The notes under the pieces are model-generated. The model saw nothing but the letters and a program-made list of their open reading frames with translations. It was not told the DNA's origin and did no database searches. From contig NC_045696.1 in the NCBI RefSeq assembly GCF_009834535.1, forward strand, positions 10,046,001-10,110,000: 64,000 nt of DNA, written 5' to 3'. Position 1 is the stretch's first letter; every line of letters begins with the position of its first letter. Both the position numbers and the translations under genes were made by a program. This DNA comes from Camelus ferus. Taxonomy: Eukaryota. Below, piece by piece: positions 1-12,981 of this stretch.

Positions 1-99
1 AGAGTGGCGGAGCCAGGAGGCAGGTGAGGAAGAGAGAGAAGCAGATGCTGGGGCCCAGGGAGGAAGGCAAGTTGACACTGAATGCTTCTTCGAGCCACA

Positions 100-290
100 A
101 AGTTCCAAGCACCATAGTTCATGGACTCGTGGCATCCTCACCAATAATCCTACGTGGTAGCTTCTGCTGTTCATCTCATTGAACCAACAGGGAAACTGAG
201 GCACAGAGAAGTTAAGTAACATGCCAAAGCCTCAGTTAATGAGGCGCAGAGGGAATCCGACCCCGGAGTTCTCATTCTTGACCACGGTGC
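100..290 (-). mobile_element. MIR SINE remnant
   Basis: Core GGAAACTGAGGCACAGAGAAGTTAAGTAAC. Confidence 0.75.
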
Positions 291-313
291 CTCTCGCCTG
301 GCTCGAAGGGAGG

Positions 314-712
314 TGCATCAGTCAGCCGGGCTGCTGTAACAAAGTCCCACAGCCTAGGCGGCTTGGACCACAGAAGCTTATTGTCTCACAGGTCTGGAGG
401 CTGGAAGTCCAAGATCAATGTGTCAGCAGGTCTGGCTTCTTGTGAAGCCTCTCTGCTTGGCCGGCCGTCTTCGCCCTGGGTCCTCCCACGGCCTTTCCCC
501 CGCGTGTGCTCATCCCCAGGGATGCTTTGTGCCCACTCCTCCTCTTCTCATTCAGGACACCAGTCAGATCAGATGGGGCCCACCCTGATGGCCTCATCTT
601 AACAACTTCTTTAAAGGCCCCATCTCCAAATACAGTCATAGTCTGAGGTCTGAGGAATAAGGGTAAGGGCTTCAACACATGAGTTTTGGGGACTTACACT
701 CAGCCCCTAACA
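314..712 (-). mobile_element. MLT1-type (ERVL-MaLR) solo LTR
   Basis: TG...CA termini, characteristic CTCACAGxTCTGGAGGCTGGAAGTCCAAGATCAA; near-TSD ggagg/ggtgg. Confidence 0.8.
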
Positions 713-859
713 GGTGGGGAAGCGCAGTCAAGGAGGTTCTGAGCAATGCAGCGAGGCCTCTGGATTGTCATCTTCGGCTGCAGAGGAAGGGAAGGTCTGG
801 CTGTATTTCAGGAGGATCACCGTGGCAGCCGTGCGGAGGATGGAGGAGGGCCGCGGCCG

Positions 860-1025
860 TCGAGTTTGGCTGAACATCAGAATCACCTAAGGAGCTTTTA
901 AAAAGCCCAGTGTCCTTGCTGTAACCCAGACGAATCGGATCCGACCGGCTGGGGTGCACCCCAGGTGCCTGTAATTTGCAAAGCTTCCAGGTGGTTCTGA
1001 CGCAGAGCCGAGTGAGGGCCATGCC
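860..1025. mobile_element. MER5A-like hAT MITE
   Basis: CATCAGAATCACCT..GAGCTTTTAAAA...CCAGGTGGTTCTGA. Confidence 0.65.
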
Positions 1026-3479
1026 ATGAGAGGGAAGCTTGCCTGGAAATCAAGGCACTTGGTGTGAAAAGGGAGCAATTTAGAAACTGGATCTGTCCAG
1101 GCACGTGCAGGATGACAGTGGCCACAGCTGCTGAACCAAATCCAGCCCAAGGCGGGTCACTCAAGCAACTTGTCCAAGGGGTGTGATGGCCTGTAACCAC
1201 AGAATGCCGTCCTCCAAGGCCAGCCACACCCCAGGGCCCAGAGGACCTCCGATGCTCTCTTCCTGGAGGCCCCACTGCCACCACCTGACCCCCAACTCTA
1301 GGGCTGGAGCTTGAGAGGTCACTCTGTCCAGTGACCTCATTTTACAGATGGGACAGTGGAGTCCAGAGACATATGATGACTTCTTTGATTAGGAATAAAA
1401 CCTTTGCTCTCGCTGTCTTGGGAAGTGAAGACACACAAGGAAACCATGAGCTTTTTAAAGGGTGGGCCTGAGCGTGGTCCTCATCCATGGCTCTCCCAGT
1501 CCATTCCTGGATGACCTGGTTGGGAGGACACTCCTGTTCTTGGAGCCGGAGGCTGGCAGGGGCGGGCAGCAGCCAGACTGGGTCAAGGCAGCTGGGTCTC
1601 CTCTGAAAATGACCTTGGCTGACCAGTCCCGGGGCAGCCCCAGCCCATGGGAGACTCTGGTCACCAAACCAGCTCTGGGCGGTCCACAAGGGCGGGTGTA
1701 CTTCTCATCCCAAGGGAATTATCTTCACAGGCGTCTAAGGACAGCCTGCAGTCTCTCCTAACTTGGCAAACTGACCCCGCTGGAACACAAGAGACCACCT
1801 GAGCCCCGGGGCATCTCCTGCTCACCCTCAGCAACCGCAGAGATGTGCTCAGGTCCCTGCTTTCATGGAGCTTCCATTCTAGTGGAGGGGAGACAGAAAA
1901 CCAAATACAAGATAAATACGTGGTATTCAGGGCGGCATACGAATGATGAGTAACAGGGCTTATGGTTGATAAGCTCATTTCCTGTTCTAGGGTCTTCCCA
2001 CGTGGATTTGTCTTTTCAACAGTGGTGCCTTCCCAAGCACAGCTGGTGCAGGGGTCGAGGCCACACACGGTGGGAGACTGGACACAGGATGCGTCCTTTC
2101 CCTCCAGCCTAGCTGGGAGGTAAGGAGTGAGCCTGCGGAACAACAGGAGGGCAGCACAGGACGGTCCGCCACCGACACCTCCCGAGTAACGGCCATGAGC
2201 GAGCATCCTGGGTGACACACAAGTATGCGAGGCAGGTGTGCCCTCCAGTTTCTAAGAGGACAGGAAGACTGGGCATCATGCAAATTTAAGATACAAAGGG
2301 CGGTACCATCGCTACTTATTCGTGCTGCTACCATGTAGGTCTTCATGCACTAGAGCCTGGCTCCCAAGCAGCTCACAGCTTAATGAGACTGTCTGTGCAT
2401 CAGTCTCCACCCACTCATCTTATGTATAATTAGTTAACTAAGATTCAGCAAGGAGCTCAGACATGGCAGGTTAGTGGAGCTGGCCAAGGCAGAGAAAGAA
2501 GGAGTGAGGTGGGCAGGCAGAGGTGGGGAAGATGGGGTGAGGGCATTCTGGTGTGATGACCAGTGGTTTCAGCTTGATGCAAGAATCTTGGAGAGGTGGT
2601 GAAGAGACATGATAGACAGAAGGTCTGGTTAGGGAAGGCTCAACAGTCAGGGCGGGGCTGGATGATGGGGTCCGTGGACCCCGAGCCCATGCACCACCTC
2701 CCACCGGACATGCAGGCACAGGAGTCCTGGGAGGAAGACAACTCTGGGAGGTTGAGTCATGGGATCTCCAAGGTGGGGAAAGGCTCCGTGCCTGTGCTGT
2801 CTGCACACCCAGGATGCCGCAGTGGGGACCAGTGATGAGAGTGGACCTTTCCATCACGTAGTATGGGGGTCAGAGGAGAAAATTTTCAAGAGAGCCAGTT
2901 GGAAACCCACTGGGGCAACAACAGAAGCCTGGACTTTTTGTCTACGGCCATCATGGCGACCTGAAAAGCAGCAGAACGAACTAGAAAGAACATCAGACCA
3001 GGATGCTGGGGACCAGCCCGGGACGTCACCTCTTCAAGCATCAGCATCTCCATCTGGAAGTTGGAGAGGCCATTGCCCCTGAACCCACAACCTCTTGTGA
3101 TGCCGGAAACCTGGAAGGCTTTTAGATGACAGCAGCCACCTAACGGTGGTCCTGTCAGCACCTCAGAAAGGAAGGCCCTGCTTGAGGAAGGCTGAGCACA
3201 AATGGGCAAATAGGTAGGTACAAACGAGGAGAGGGCGGGGTGGGGGCTGCCGCACAGGCAGGAGGGAGCAGATCAAGCGGGGCCTTACAGAGCAACTGTA
3301 AGATGTGAGTCTCTATCCCACAAGGACAGGACTCCCCTGGCTGATTTTAAGCAGAAGTAGTTGGTTTTTAAAAATAGCTCTCCGCCCATGGCATGGAAAA
3401 GAGGCTGGAAGACGGCAAGCGTGGAGCAGATACCAGTTAGACTAGCGCATCCTTACGGGAGGAACAGGAGAAACTCATC

Positions 3480-3830
3480 CACCCTCAGGGCCTTTGCACT
3501 GGCTGTTCCTGGGCCTTAGATGCTCTTCCCCTTGATGTTTGCCTGCCAACTCCTTCCCCGCAGTCGGACCTCGACCCCGCATGGAACGTCTCCGGAGAGG
3601 CCTTCCCAGGCCCTCACATCTGCTCTAGCCCTGGCCCTCCGTCACGCTTGGCCCATTTCATCCACCGCTAACTGAAATGGTTCTGCTCCTTCGTCTGCTG
3701 GTGGCCTCCTCCTGCTCCTCCAGGCTTCCAGAGAGCTGGAGCCCTGCCTGCTGCTGTTCCACTGAGCCTCATCACCTGTTCCCTGTTTCTCAGCAGAGAT
3801 TCTCAGGGAGCAACAGCAGAGAAGCTGCTT
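3480..3830 (+). mobile_element. L2 3' remnant
   Basis: CAGGGCCTTTGCACTGGCTGTTCC and further L2-like motifs. Confidence 0.55.
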
Positions 3831-6800
3831 GCTGGAAAACACAGGCAGGCTAGCCTCACAAGCAGTGTCCTGAGCCTTTGACATGCGGAGCAGGGGAGAG
3901 GGGGTGGGCAGAGGGAGAGGACGGGCAGATGTACTTCTGCCCCTTGAGGATGGGGTGGGGTGGAGGTTCCTGCCGGAGATCACGTCAGCAGAGGGTGGTT
4001 ACTGTGGATTCAGATGTGGGGCGTCCTTCCCACGGGGCCCTCAGAACTCCAAGGTAACGCCCCAGAGAGGAGGGGGCATCCTGGCTTTGCTTCCTCTGCT
4101 GGGGCAGATGGTAGGCCTTGTGCTCTGCTGGAGGCCCAGCAAACAGGAGCAGAGGTGTCCAAGGCCCAAAGCTCTGGATCCTGAGAACACGGCGGGGTGT
4201 GCTCCTGCGGAGGGGGTGGTGGGAGAGAATGAACTTCCAGTCCTCAAGCGTGCTGGAGGTGGCTGCTCCGGAGACGGCGCTTTGGAGAAGCACCACCATG
4301 TGACACACATCCCGTATCCAAGCTGCACGGTTGCTTTAAAAAACAGCGAGCTCCTGGCATGTTTGGGGGCTGAACATTCCAGTCTTTGCTGGCAAGAGAA
4401 CACAAGGCCACAGAATGCAGTGATGAGAAATAAAGGATCCAGTGACTCAATGCCTGTGTGACAGGTTTATTGTGGAGCGCTGCATGGGCCTGCCAGAGCA
4501 GGCCACAGACGTGACATTTAAAAGCCTCGTGCATTCCGTTGGCGCTGTCGGCCTCCCCGCTGCCAAGCAGCCGTGTGAGACACGGGGTGGCTTTGCCAGC
4601 AGTTCAGCCGAGGATGTGCGCAAGTCCCGAGTGTCCCTGCACGTTTAGGGAGCACAGGAAGGCGTTGGAAAAAGCTGTTTGCTTCCACACGGGTGGGCCT
4701 CCTGCTAACAGAGAAGGGGCCCTGATTTGTGCACAAATGAATGAGGCGTCTGACAGTTTTAAGGGAAGCGGTCCAAATTTCTCTCTGAAATCTCCATCTG
4801 CAAAAGCATGTTTTCTGAAATGCTGCCTGGGTTTAATGCAAGAAAGCAGGAATCTGGTTAAATGGGTTCCGTGATGCTCACTGACTGGGCACAAATGCCC
4901 TTTTCTCCCCAGCAACAACGAGGCTAGTATCTACTGGGAGCTCGCTATCTGCCAGGCTCACTATCTACTACCTCTCCAGATGTAAAGGTGGAACCTGAAG
5001 CACGAAGAGGTTAAGTAATTTGCCCTCAGCCACACAACCCCCTGCTCTGAATCACCATCTTGCATGGCTTCCTTGCCTCTAACCGGGCCCAGGATACAGT
5101 CACTTTGATTGATCTCCAACACTTCCCTCTACTATCGTCCATGGGAAAATAAAATATTCCAAAATGTTAAGAGAAGTGAAGTCAAACATTAAACTGAACT
5201 TGTGGATAAGCTGTGTTATTCTATACGGCACCATGTTTTGCTGGCAGCCAAGAAATGAAAATTGAGAAGCTACGGTAACATGTGTTCTTAGGTTGGCAAA
5301 GAGCGAGGGCATCTCTGGTAAGCCTGTGCCTTTGGATAGTCCGCCTGCAGTCAGGGTGAGAAGGACTAAAGGTTGAGGAGACCAGCTGCATCCTGAGCTC
5401 ATACGTTGAAAGGTGCAGCAACGCGCTGGGATTCTTCCCAACAGCTCCGAATTCCCACGGCAACCCCAGCGGTGGAGGGACCACACAAGGGAGGGGCAAC
5501 TCACTGTCCATCTTTCCACAGATGCAGTCGCTGATTATGTGGAGGCAGGCGGCTCTGAGGCGCTGGCGGAGGTAGGGCTGTTCTTCTCAAAGGGCACCAC
5601 GTGAAAGCGGACCAGCCAGAGAGTCTGGGAGCTGCCTTTGAGAATGTCACTGTAGCTCCCAGACCCTCCGTGTCCTCAGCTACAATGTGCAGGGCATGTG
5701 CCCAGTGCTCTTCAAGATCTCAACTTTATCGAATGATCTGGGGGAGCATCTCTGCACAAACCTGCCCCCACCATAGACCTTGCCCTGTGTGGGGCCTGGA
5801 CTGTGACAAGTGGGTCAATGTGCATGACTGTGTGTGGCAGGGACCGAGAGGGGAAGGGACAGCACAGGGCATGTAAGGGGAGTCCAGCTGTCCAGTCCTG
5901 AGTGAAGCAGCATCCTTAATGAAAAATGGCAGATCAAAAATGCCTCTCCCCATCCTGGGTCAGTTAGGGAAAAACCACATCCAGAGAAGGATCTGTCCAA
6001 CTTTTAGAAACATGATGGGCTGAGTCAAAGGAAGGGACTCTTCCTCTTTTGAGGCTTGCGACATCATCTGATGCTACGTGCCAAGCAGATGTGGGAGCAG
6101 CAGCTGTCAGCCTCTGCCAGAATCTTCTACAGAGAGATGTTTGTCTGCTTGTTGGCTGTACTGGGAGCTCACCATTCACCCACTGTTACCAAACTACAGA
6201 CGGAGGCATTTAAGTCACCTGTAGATCACTCTCTCTCCATGTCTGTCTCTCTCGCACACACATGCACACACGCGCACACACACACACCCCTACGCAGCCT
6301 GTTAACAACATAAAACAATAACATGGCAGCTTCTAAGAGGTAGAATACTTAACAGGAAGTTGCATTGACACAACAATTTTAGAGCTGACTCATTTTTACA
6401 AACAAAACCTGACATTTTGAGGACTCAAGTTATATCATTTAAATATGGCAGGGAGTTTCCAATTTAAAGAACAGAACCTCCCAGAGAGGCAATGGGGACC
6501 TCTGATCAGGAATCACCACACTCCAGAAAGCATTTCAGAAGTCTGTTTTTTAAAATATGTGGAGTTTTATTAAAGAGAGGCCCAAAAGGAGTCTGGCTAC
6601 AGTGAAATATTCATATAAAGCTATCATGATCCTTGACTTTATTATGTTTCCCCAATCCTACCAGATCCAAAATATCAGACATTTTGAAGAAAGGGCTATT
6701 TTTCTGTGCAGTTTCGGGACTGTTGGCATTCCATGTAGTTTCCATAAAAATCCTCTCGGGTATTTTTGGAACTAAAAAGAGTGAATAGGATTAACTTACA

Positions 6801-7788
6801 ATTTTGTGAGAAGAAAAAAATGAATATTCACTTTCTCTTAGAAGAGATTTTCTCTCTGCCAGGAAGCAGGAGTGACTGATTTGTTGGGCTCATTCCCCAG
6901 CTGAGATCTGGGCGGGTGCTTCCAGCGCCCAGGTTGGCACAGGGACCTGGCCCAGACACAGGTGGAGCCGCCTGGCATCCCTGGTCCTCAGCCTCCTGCA
7001 GAGACCAATGAACGAGAGACTTCGGGAGCAGCCCCTTCCAAGGAGACTGTTGGTTTTGGGAAGCTCACACCTAAAGGGGAAGGGAGTTGCAGAGACAGCT
7101 GGTCTCCTCTCCGAGGGTGATGTGCTGTGTGCCAAGAACTGGAAGTCAGCACTGTATTCTTGTTCACTAATCCTCGGACCCACCCACGCAACAGGAGTTT
7201 GCGAGCACCTAGCCTACTTGCGTGTCCAGCGATCATACAGTGTATTAAGTTGAACTACATCAAATTGCCATTTTATAGGTAAGAAACAGGAATAACAGAA
7301 AATATATTCATATGACTAAACCCACCACTTCGAGGGTTTCCCTAGGCTGGTGTTACCGGGCTGTTGTGATGGCATCAGAGAAGGCGCAGAGAGCCCAGTC
7401 ACCTTTGCTGTAGGAGTCTGGGCCTGCCCAGTTCCCTTCCAGGACAGGGGGTACACGAGTGTGCACTGCACGTGCAATGGTGTAATACTCGAACTTCACA
7501 GAGGAATGAACCCTTGCTTTACATCGGCTTCCCCCAAACACTGCTTTACACAGAGGCAGTCTGGGGCCCAGGCCACTTGGCCACCGTCAGGTCTCTGGGT
7601 CCTGTTTTGCAGGGCGGAGGCAGCCGGCCACGGGAAAGCAAGTCAAAACTGCAAAAGGAAGGCCTTCTTGTTTCTACTGTTCTTGTCCAAGCACCAGTGG
7701 GGCAAAACTGTGCCCAAAGTTCAGCTGCAAATGTATTCGCACAGAGCAGAACAGGAGGACATTAACCACGCACCCAGCGGGATGAGGC

Positions 7789-7929
7789 CAGGGTTTCTCA
7801 ACCATGGTACTGGTGACATCTGGGCCTGCTCATCGTGGGGGACTGTCCTGTGCATCGTAGGGTGTTCAGCAGACTCCCCATCCCCTCCCCACGGGGTGCC
7901 GCAGTCCTCCCTCTGGTTGAGAAGCATGG
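7789..7929. mobile_element. MER20-like hAT element
   Basis: CAGGGTTTCTCAACC...GGTTGAGAAGCATG termini; GACTGTCCTGTGCAT core. Confidence 0.7.
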
Positions 7930-9212
7930 GGTCAGCTGGATACTCTACAACTAAATGCAAACTGAATGATCTGTGAGGGGAAACAGCAATTTCCTGCGTC
8001 AGATTCGCAAATCCAGAAGATAGCCTAGAGGGACAACCTACGAGAGGGCACTGGAGAGGAAGTTACAGAGGGTGACGTTCACCTGGATAACGGCCTCCCT
8101 GCCTGCCAAATGCAAGCTGGAGAAGAAATGCCGACTTACACAGGTGAAGGGGCTCTGGCCAAGAGACGGGGCTTGCTACACCAGGGGGCAGGCTGGGGGA
8201 CAGTGACGGGGATCTCTCCACCTGCCTCCGGGCCTCTGTGTGACATCTCTGCCTAAAACAGCCATTTCTCACTGTGGCCTCATCTGGCTCCTCCTCACCC
8301 TTCAGGTCTCCGCTTCAACATCCCTTTCTCCTGGAAGGCTTCTCTGCTCTCTCCCTGCGGACGCCCTCCCCGCCCCAAGGGCTCTGGGCATCGCGCTCAG
8401 TGCCACCTGGCATTCATATCTGCCCTCACACAGAATGTATCAGCTGATCACACCCCCCACCACATATATTCAGGTACACAAATTTATGCAGTTGTTTGGT
8501 TTTCTGCTTGTTCCTCCCATTAGCACATGGACTCCACGAGGACGGGGACCCTGACTCTACTGACGGAGCAGCACACTCTCCCCAGAACCCAGAGAGGCGT
8601 CCACACCCGGTGGCTCTCTCCCCTCAAATATCTGCTGAGTTGACGAAGGAAATCACTTTTCAGCTGAATGGCAGGGGAGGACCAATAAGCAAAGTTCATG
8701 AACGGAATCAAGCATGTGGCCATCGTAGCCAAAAGTTCCATCAACGGGTACACAGGTTTATTTCAGCAAAGGCCATAAGGCTGGAGTGTGCAAGACAGAA
8801 ACAGATGGCGAACCACGGCATGGGAGAGATGCCATATTTACTCACGTATTTTTCGCATGTTCAATAGACTCTTATTGTGATACATTTTTTGGAAAAATGT
8901 TTTGTACTCTGAATCACACCGCACACCTGCCAACGTGTCCATAGAATTTACCGAAAGCCTGATGAGATAGTTGCTAAGCTGGGTGGTAGTTCTATCCTTC
9001 AAAACCAGTATTATGAGGGGTAACTGTCTGCATACTGATGGGGGCGTGGGAGGGGGTGCGTTTCAAAGACGCAGGCGCTCACGGTGTCGGTATCACAATG
9101 GACACGTGGGAGGCAGGTCACAGGCTGACGTCTAGTCTGGTTCCCCGTCACCACTGCCAGGTGCCAACATCAAGAACACAGAGACATTTCCGTCTAACTT
9201 TTATATGAAGAA

Positions 9213-9218
9213 TTTAAT
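9213..9218 (-). terminator. ITSN1: Candidate distal ATTAAA poly(A) signal of ITSN1-S
   Basis: Followed by a GU-rich element (TGTCTCTGTGTTCTTGATGTTGG) where the AT-rich UTR ends. Confidence 0.55.
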
Positions 9219-9524
9219 TATCTATACACATAACTAATTCAAAAGGTTGTATTACAGTTGTTAAAGCTGCAGGTTTATATATTTATATATTTTACATTCA
9301 TGTTCATGAAAATACTGAAGTGCCAGGGAACAAGAAGACCTCGTTCCCTGCACCGTGTGAGCGGAGAAGGACCTCTGCACAATCGCCAGCACGGAATCCC
9401 CAAGGGGAGAGACAAAAACAGACCACTACTGTTAAAAAGTCATTAGTAGAACTGGTAGATGGTACTCGAGGTGCCCCTCTCCTGCCCACCCCACCCCGCT
9501 GTCTGTGCTGTTGGCAACGGCGTT

Positions 9525-9530
9525 TTTATT
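9525..9530 (-). terminator. ITSN1: Candidate AATAAA poly(A) signal of ITSN1-S
   Basis: Canonical hexamer in the UTR. Confidence 0.5.
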
Positions 9531-11095
9531 GAGAGCTTCCAACTAGTGTTTAAAAGACAAACATGGCTTCAGCTACAACACATCCAACACATCAACAGAC
9601 CATGAGCTCCAATTCATATTAATCTGTAGAAATTCCACAGTCTAGTTAAAAAATGTAAACATTGGAAATTAATTGCAGGGAAACTATACATTCTTTCTTG
9701 TCAAAATTACTTGTTCAAAATATGTCATTCCATGAAAAGTAACTGGAATAAAACTTCATGTAACAGAGACTCAGAAGAGATTGCAGGTATCGTTGATCAT
9801 GGCAACCTCCATGGTGTTGTCTACTGATTTATGGTATGAAAACACACAAAATTAAAAACCCAAAACAGAAAACACCAGAACTCAACCGGATAAATCTGAG
9901 ACCGAACAAAAACACAGGTGCTTTCTCATGTGGCTACAAGGTCACTGTGCAAAATAAAATTAATGCAATATGATCAGAGCATCATACAAGGTAGTAGCTT
10001 TTGCCATGGAAGGAACTAATTTCTTATGTACAGGATGTATTATTACATGTTCAACAAGGTACATCTGATACACACAAACAAGCACAAAACACCTTCTGTT
10101 TAATTGGCCTCATTCTACACGTCTTTAAAACAGATCTACTGAACTCCTCTGAGCTTCTACAGTAGGGGGTGAAAACCCAAACTACACAATTTAGTTGGTA
10201 ACACTGGACAAAATGAAAAAAAAAAAATACATCAAGTCTCAGATTTATGGACATTTGGAACATTTTTTTTAATAGCACATGCAGCATTCCTTGATAGTGG
10301 GTCTTTTTGCAAAACCAAAATAGCAAAGAAGTAATTTATTTATGTATTTATTTATTGTTATTAAAAGGCTAAGATATTTATTTAAAAATAATTTGGAAAA
10401 CTATTGAAAGCACCTGTGCAAAGGTGGGGGGAAGTCAATTTGAGTCACTAGGAAAGCCACAAAAGGACCCACTACCCTGTGTATTTTTGTAATTTTTGCT
10501 TCTATATCTGCAAGTAATAACTCGACATTGCCATCACATGCAACTAAAGTAAAATGAGGTAAACTGCTCTGCAGTGAGTTCTTCTACTCAGAAGGCAGTA
10601 GGTGATCATGCTGGAAGTCACATGATCAAGGCTGCATCTCCCAGCATCCCTCTGGGCAGTGATATGGGATAGTGGGTCTCTTTGAGGACTTTCAAGCCTG
10701 AGGGGGGGATGGACAACATATGATTCCTAGAAAAAGGAGGAAAACAACACATAAGCAAAACAAAACAATGAGCAAAATTCAAGCTAGGAAAATGAGTCAG
10801 GCATGTAAACAGCATGGTGCCAAAATGATTAAAAAGAAAAAAAAAGGAAAAGGGGGAGGGGCGGGAGGGGTCATGCTACAGAAGGAATGATTATAAAAAC
10901 AAAAACCAAAAAAAACCAAAAACCCCACGAGATAAAAGTCTTGCATTACAGAAGGTCTTCAAAGAGACTGTTGCGAATGCAGCAATGGTCTAGCTTTAAG
11001 TTCTGCAAACACAGCTCAGCAGAATCAGAGCAATGCTGCATGTTTCACCGTGAGACACCAGAGAGGAGAGGCAACCGCGCCGCGGGGGTACTTAC

Positions 11096-11287
11096 ATTGC
11101 TGGCTGGGGTCCGTGTCGGTGGTCAGCTTCACGTAGTTGGACGGGAAGAGCCCCACCTGGCCGTGGACTTCTCCCTTCCACCAGTCGGGGTCCTCCTTGT
11201 TGAGGACGTTGATGATCTGGCCCTTGTTGAAGGCCAGCTCGTCGTCGTTCTGCGCGGTGTAGTCGTACATCCCGATCACCTGGCACA
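11096..11287 (-). CDS. ITSN1: ITSN1 exon 29 (SH3[11 protein letters not shown]...TDPSQQ + T), 192 nt
   Basis: CGCAG acceptor, GTAAGT donor; within ORF 11025-11288. Confidence 0.97.
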
Positions 11288-12863
11288 CTGCGGGAGACAG
11301 GCCGGTGAGCGGCGGCCGCGGGGGCCGAGGGACGCCCGCGCCCTTTCCGGAGAGGACCTAACCGCGCGGAGGGCTCTGATGGGCTTTGAGCCGCGTGGGC
11401 AGCGGAGGAAGATGGAGGGCTGAACAAAGCTTTAGTTTCTCTAATATCTTCCTCTTTCGTTCATGTTTACTTGTCAGCGGAAAATGCACAGTGACAACTG
11501 AAAGCTTCCATGGACTCCTTCCTATGTGAGTGCAGTGGAATTCCTTCAAAACGCTGACTCTGACCACTGGCCCAGCTGTGTATCCTGGGGACTTCACTGT
11601 AGCTCACTCTTTTTTTAAGTGGAAGGTAATTATCATTTGACCTCCAAAACGTTCAGCTCTTAGTGAAAAGTAAAATCGGTGTTTTATTCTGCTGTATCTT
11701 CATGTCTCAAAGAAAGAAATTTCCACATTCAAGAATCATTTTTCTTTTCTCATTTTCCCTCAAACCTATAGGAGGTTATGCCATTTTCGTTCCCTGACAT
11801 TTTTACACTTCACAAAAGTCTGCCTAGTGAGGTTGCGCCCCCAGCTGATCTTTCCTAACCAACCCATATATAGGATTAGGCTTTAAAGATCCGCCAGCTA
11901 ATTCAGTCACTTTGGCAAACTATTTCTGTGGGTTTCAACCAACCTGATGAAGGGGACCCCACAGGAGTCCCCAAAGGAGAGGAGTTCCAGCCGGGACCAC
12001 ACCCGTCCACCCACATGAAGCCACGTTTAGCAAAGGGGCCCAGATGGGGTCGGGAATCAGCCACAGAGTCTGCCAATCCTTTCACTTCTTGCAAAGGCTG
12101 CCAGGTTTCACTCTGATCTCAATGGAGATGTACAGCAGAGATATTTAACCACAAGGTACTGGAACAAAAATTCTGCATTTTCCACAAATGCCACCCAAGA
12201 ATTGATGGCTTGAAGACCTAAAGCACAAGTCTGCCCCCTTAACCTCACCCATCTTAAATATTACCAAAGCATCTAATTTGCTCTCTTTAATCAGAAACTA
12301 GCCAACACCCTCAGCTGCAGCACCCTCTGTTCCTTTTTTTAGTCCTTTAGGGGAGTGTGGATAACATCCTGCCTGTTAAGCGAAGCCCCTCTGTTCACAG
12401 GGAAATGTCACGGGAGAGCTATTTCAGTCTTCAGTGAGCAGCACATTACAGCCAGCAGACCCCCGTGGCCTTCCAGCTCAATCTCCTGACCTATTTAGAC
12501 CCCAGCCATTTATTTTTAGGAGGCCCTTTTTGTCCCCCTCACCCCCCAGCCCAAATCCCAATTTAAATAGCTGGAAGGAAATCAAGAGAAAAATCCGGCT
12601 TCAATGCCACAGCATTCATGGCCCCTCGAGGAAGCCAGCTCCACAAGGGCTCTGTTGTACCCAGAGGAGCAAAGCCGCTTAGATATTTGGTCCTTTTGAA
12701 AAACATACTCCATATCACATTAGCTGGGTGTCAGTCCCACCAAGTACAAGAAGTGCTCACAGCCGATGTGAAAGACAATTGAAGCTACTTCATGAGAAAA
12801 TTGAGTGGAAAGACTAACACGACACGCAGACCATTTTCCGAGGAGACAGCGTAAACTGCTTAC

Positions 12864-12981
12864 CTGCCGGGAATGCTGTCGGCTTAGCTGGCTCTGTTGG
12901 AGTGATTTTGCTTGTCCCCGGGCTTAAAAGTTTGACATAATTAGCAGGGAACCAGCCTATCTGGCGCTTTTTCCCACGTGC
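12864..12981 (-). CDS. ITSN1: ITSN1 exon 28 (SH3D C-half; [22 protein letters not shown]...TAFPA), 118 nt
   Basis: T-rich tract + TAG acceptor, GTAAGC donor. Confidence 0.96.

Larger units (their letters stand above)
9190..10726 (-). other. ITSN1: ITSN1 exon 30: short-isoform (ITSN1-S) terminal exon. The first 2 nt complete the TGA stop; the rest is 3' UTR (3' end approximate)
   Basis: TTTTTCTAG|GAATCATATG acceptor; AT-rich UTR without recognisable interspersed repeats, with poly(A) hexamers. Confidence 0.88.

Noticed and set aside
3883..4461. 192-aa plus-strand ORF and overlapping ORFs
   Set aside because: GC-rich intronic DNA open in several frames; no domain or exon structure
7350..7976. 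208-aa plus-strand ORF
   Set aside because: Non-ATG start, runs through a MER20-like element, no recognisable domain
1..9190. ITSN1-L exon 31 onward (DH-PH-C2)
   Set aside because: No minus-strand sequence encoding WCSDLHLLDML...ERKRQGYIHEL was found; these exons presumably lie beyond the window start
10887..11423. 178-aa plus-strand ORF
   Set aside because: Antisense shadow of GC3-rich exon 29
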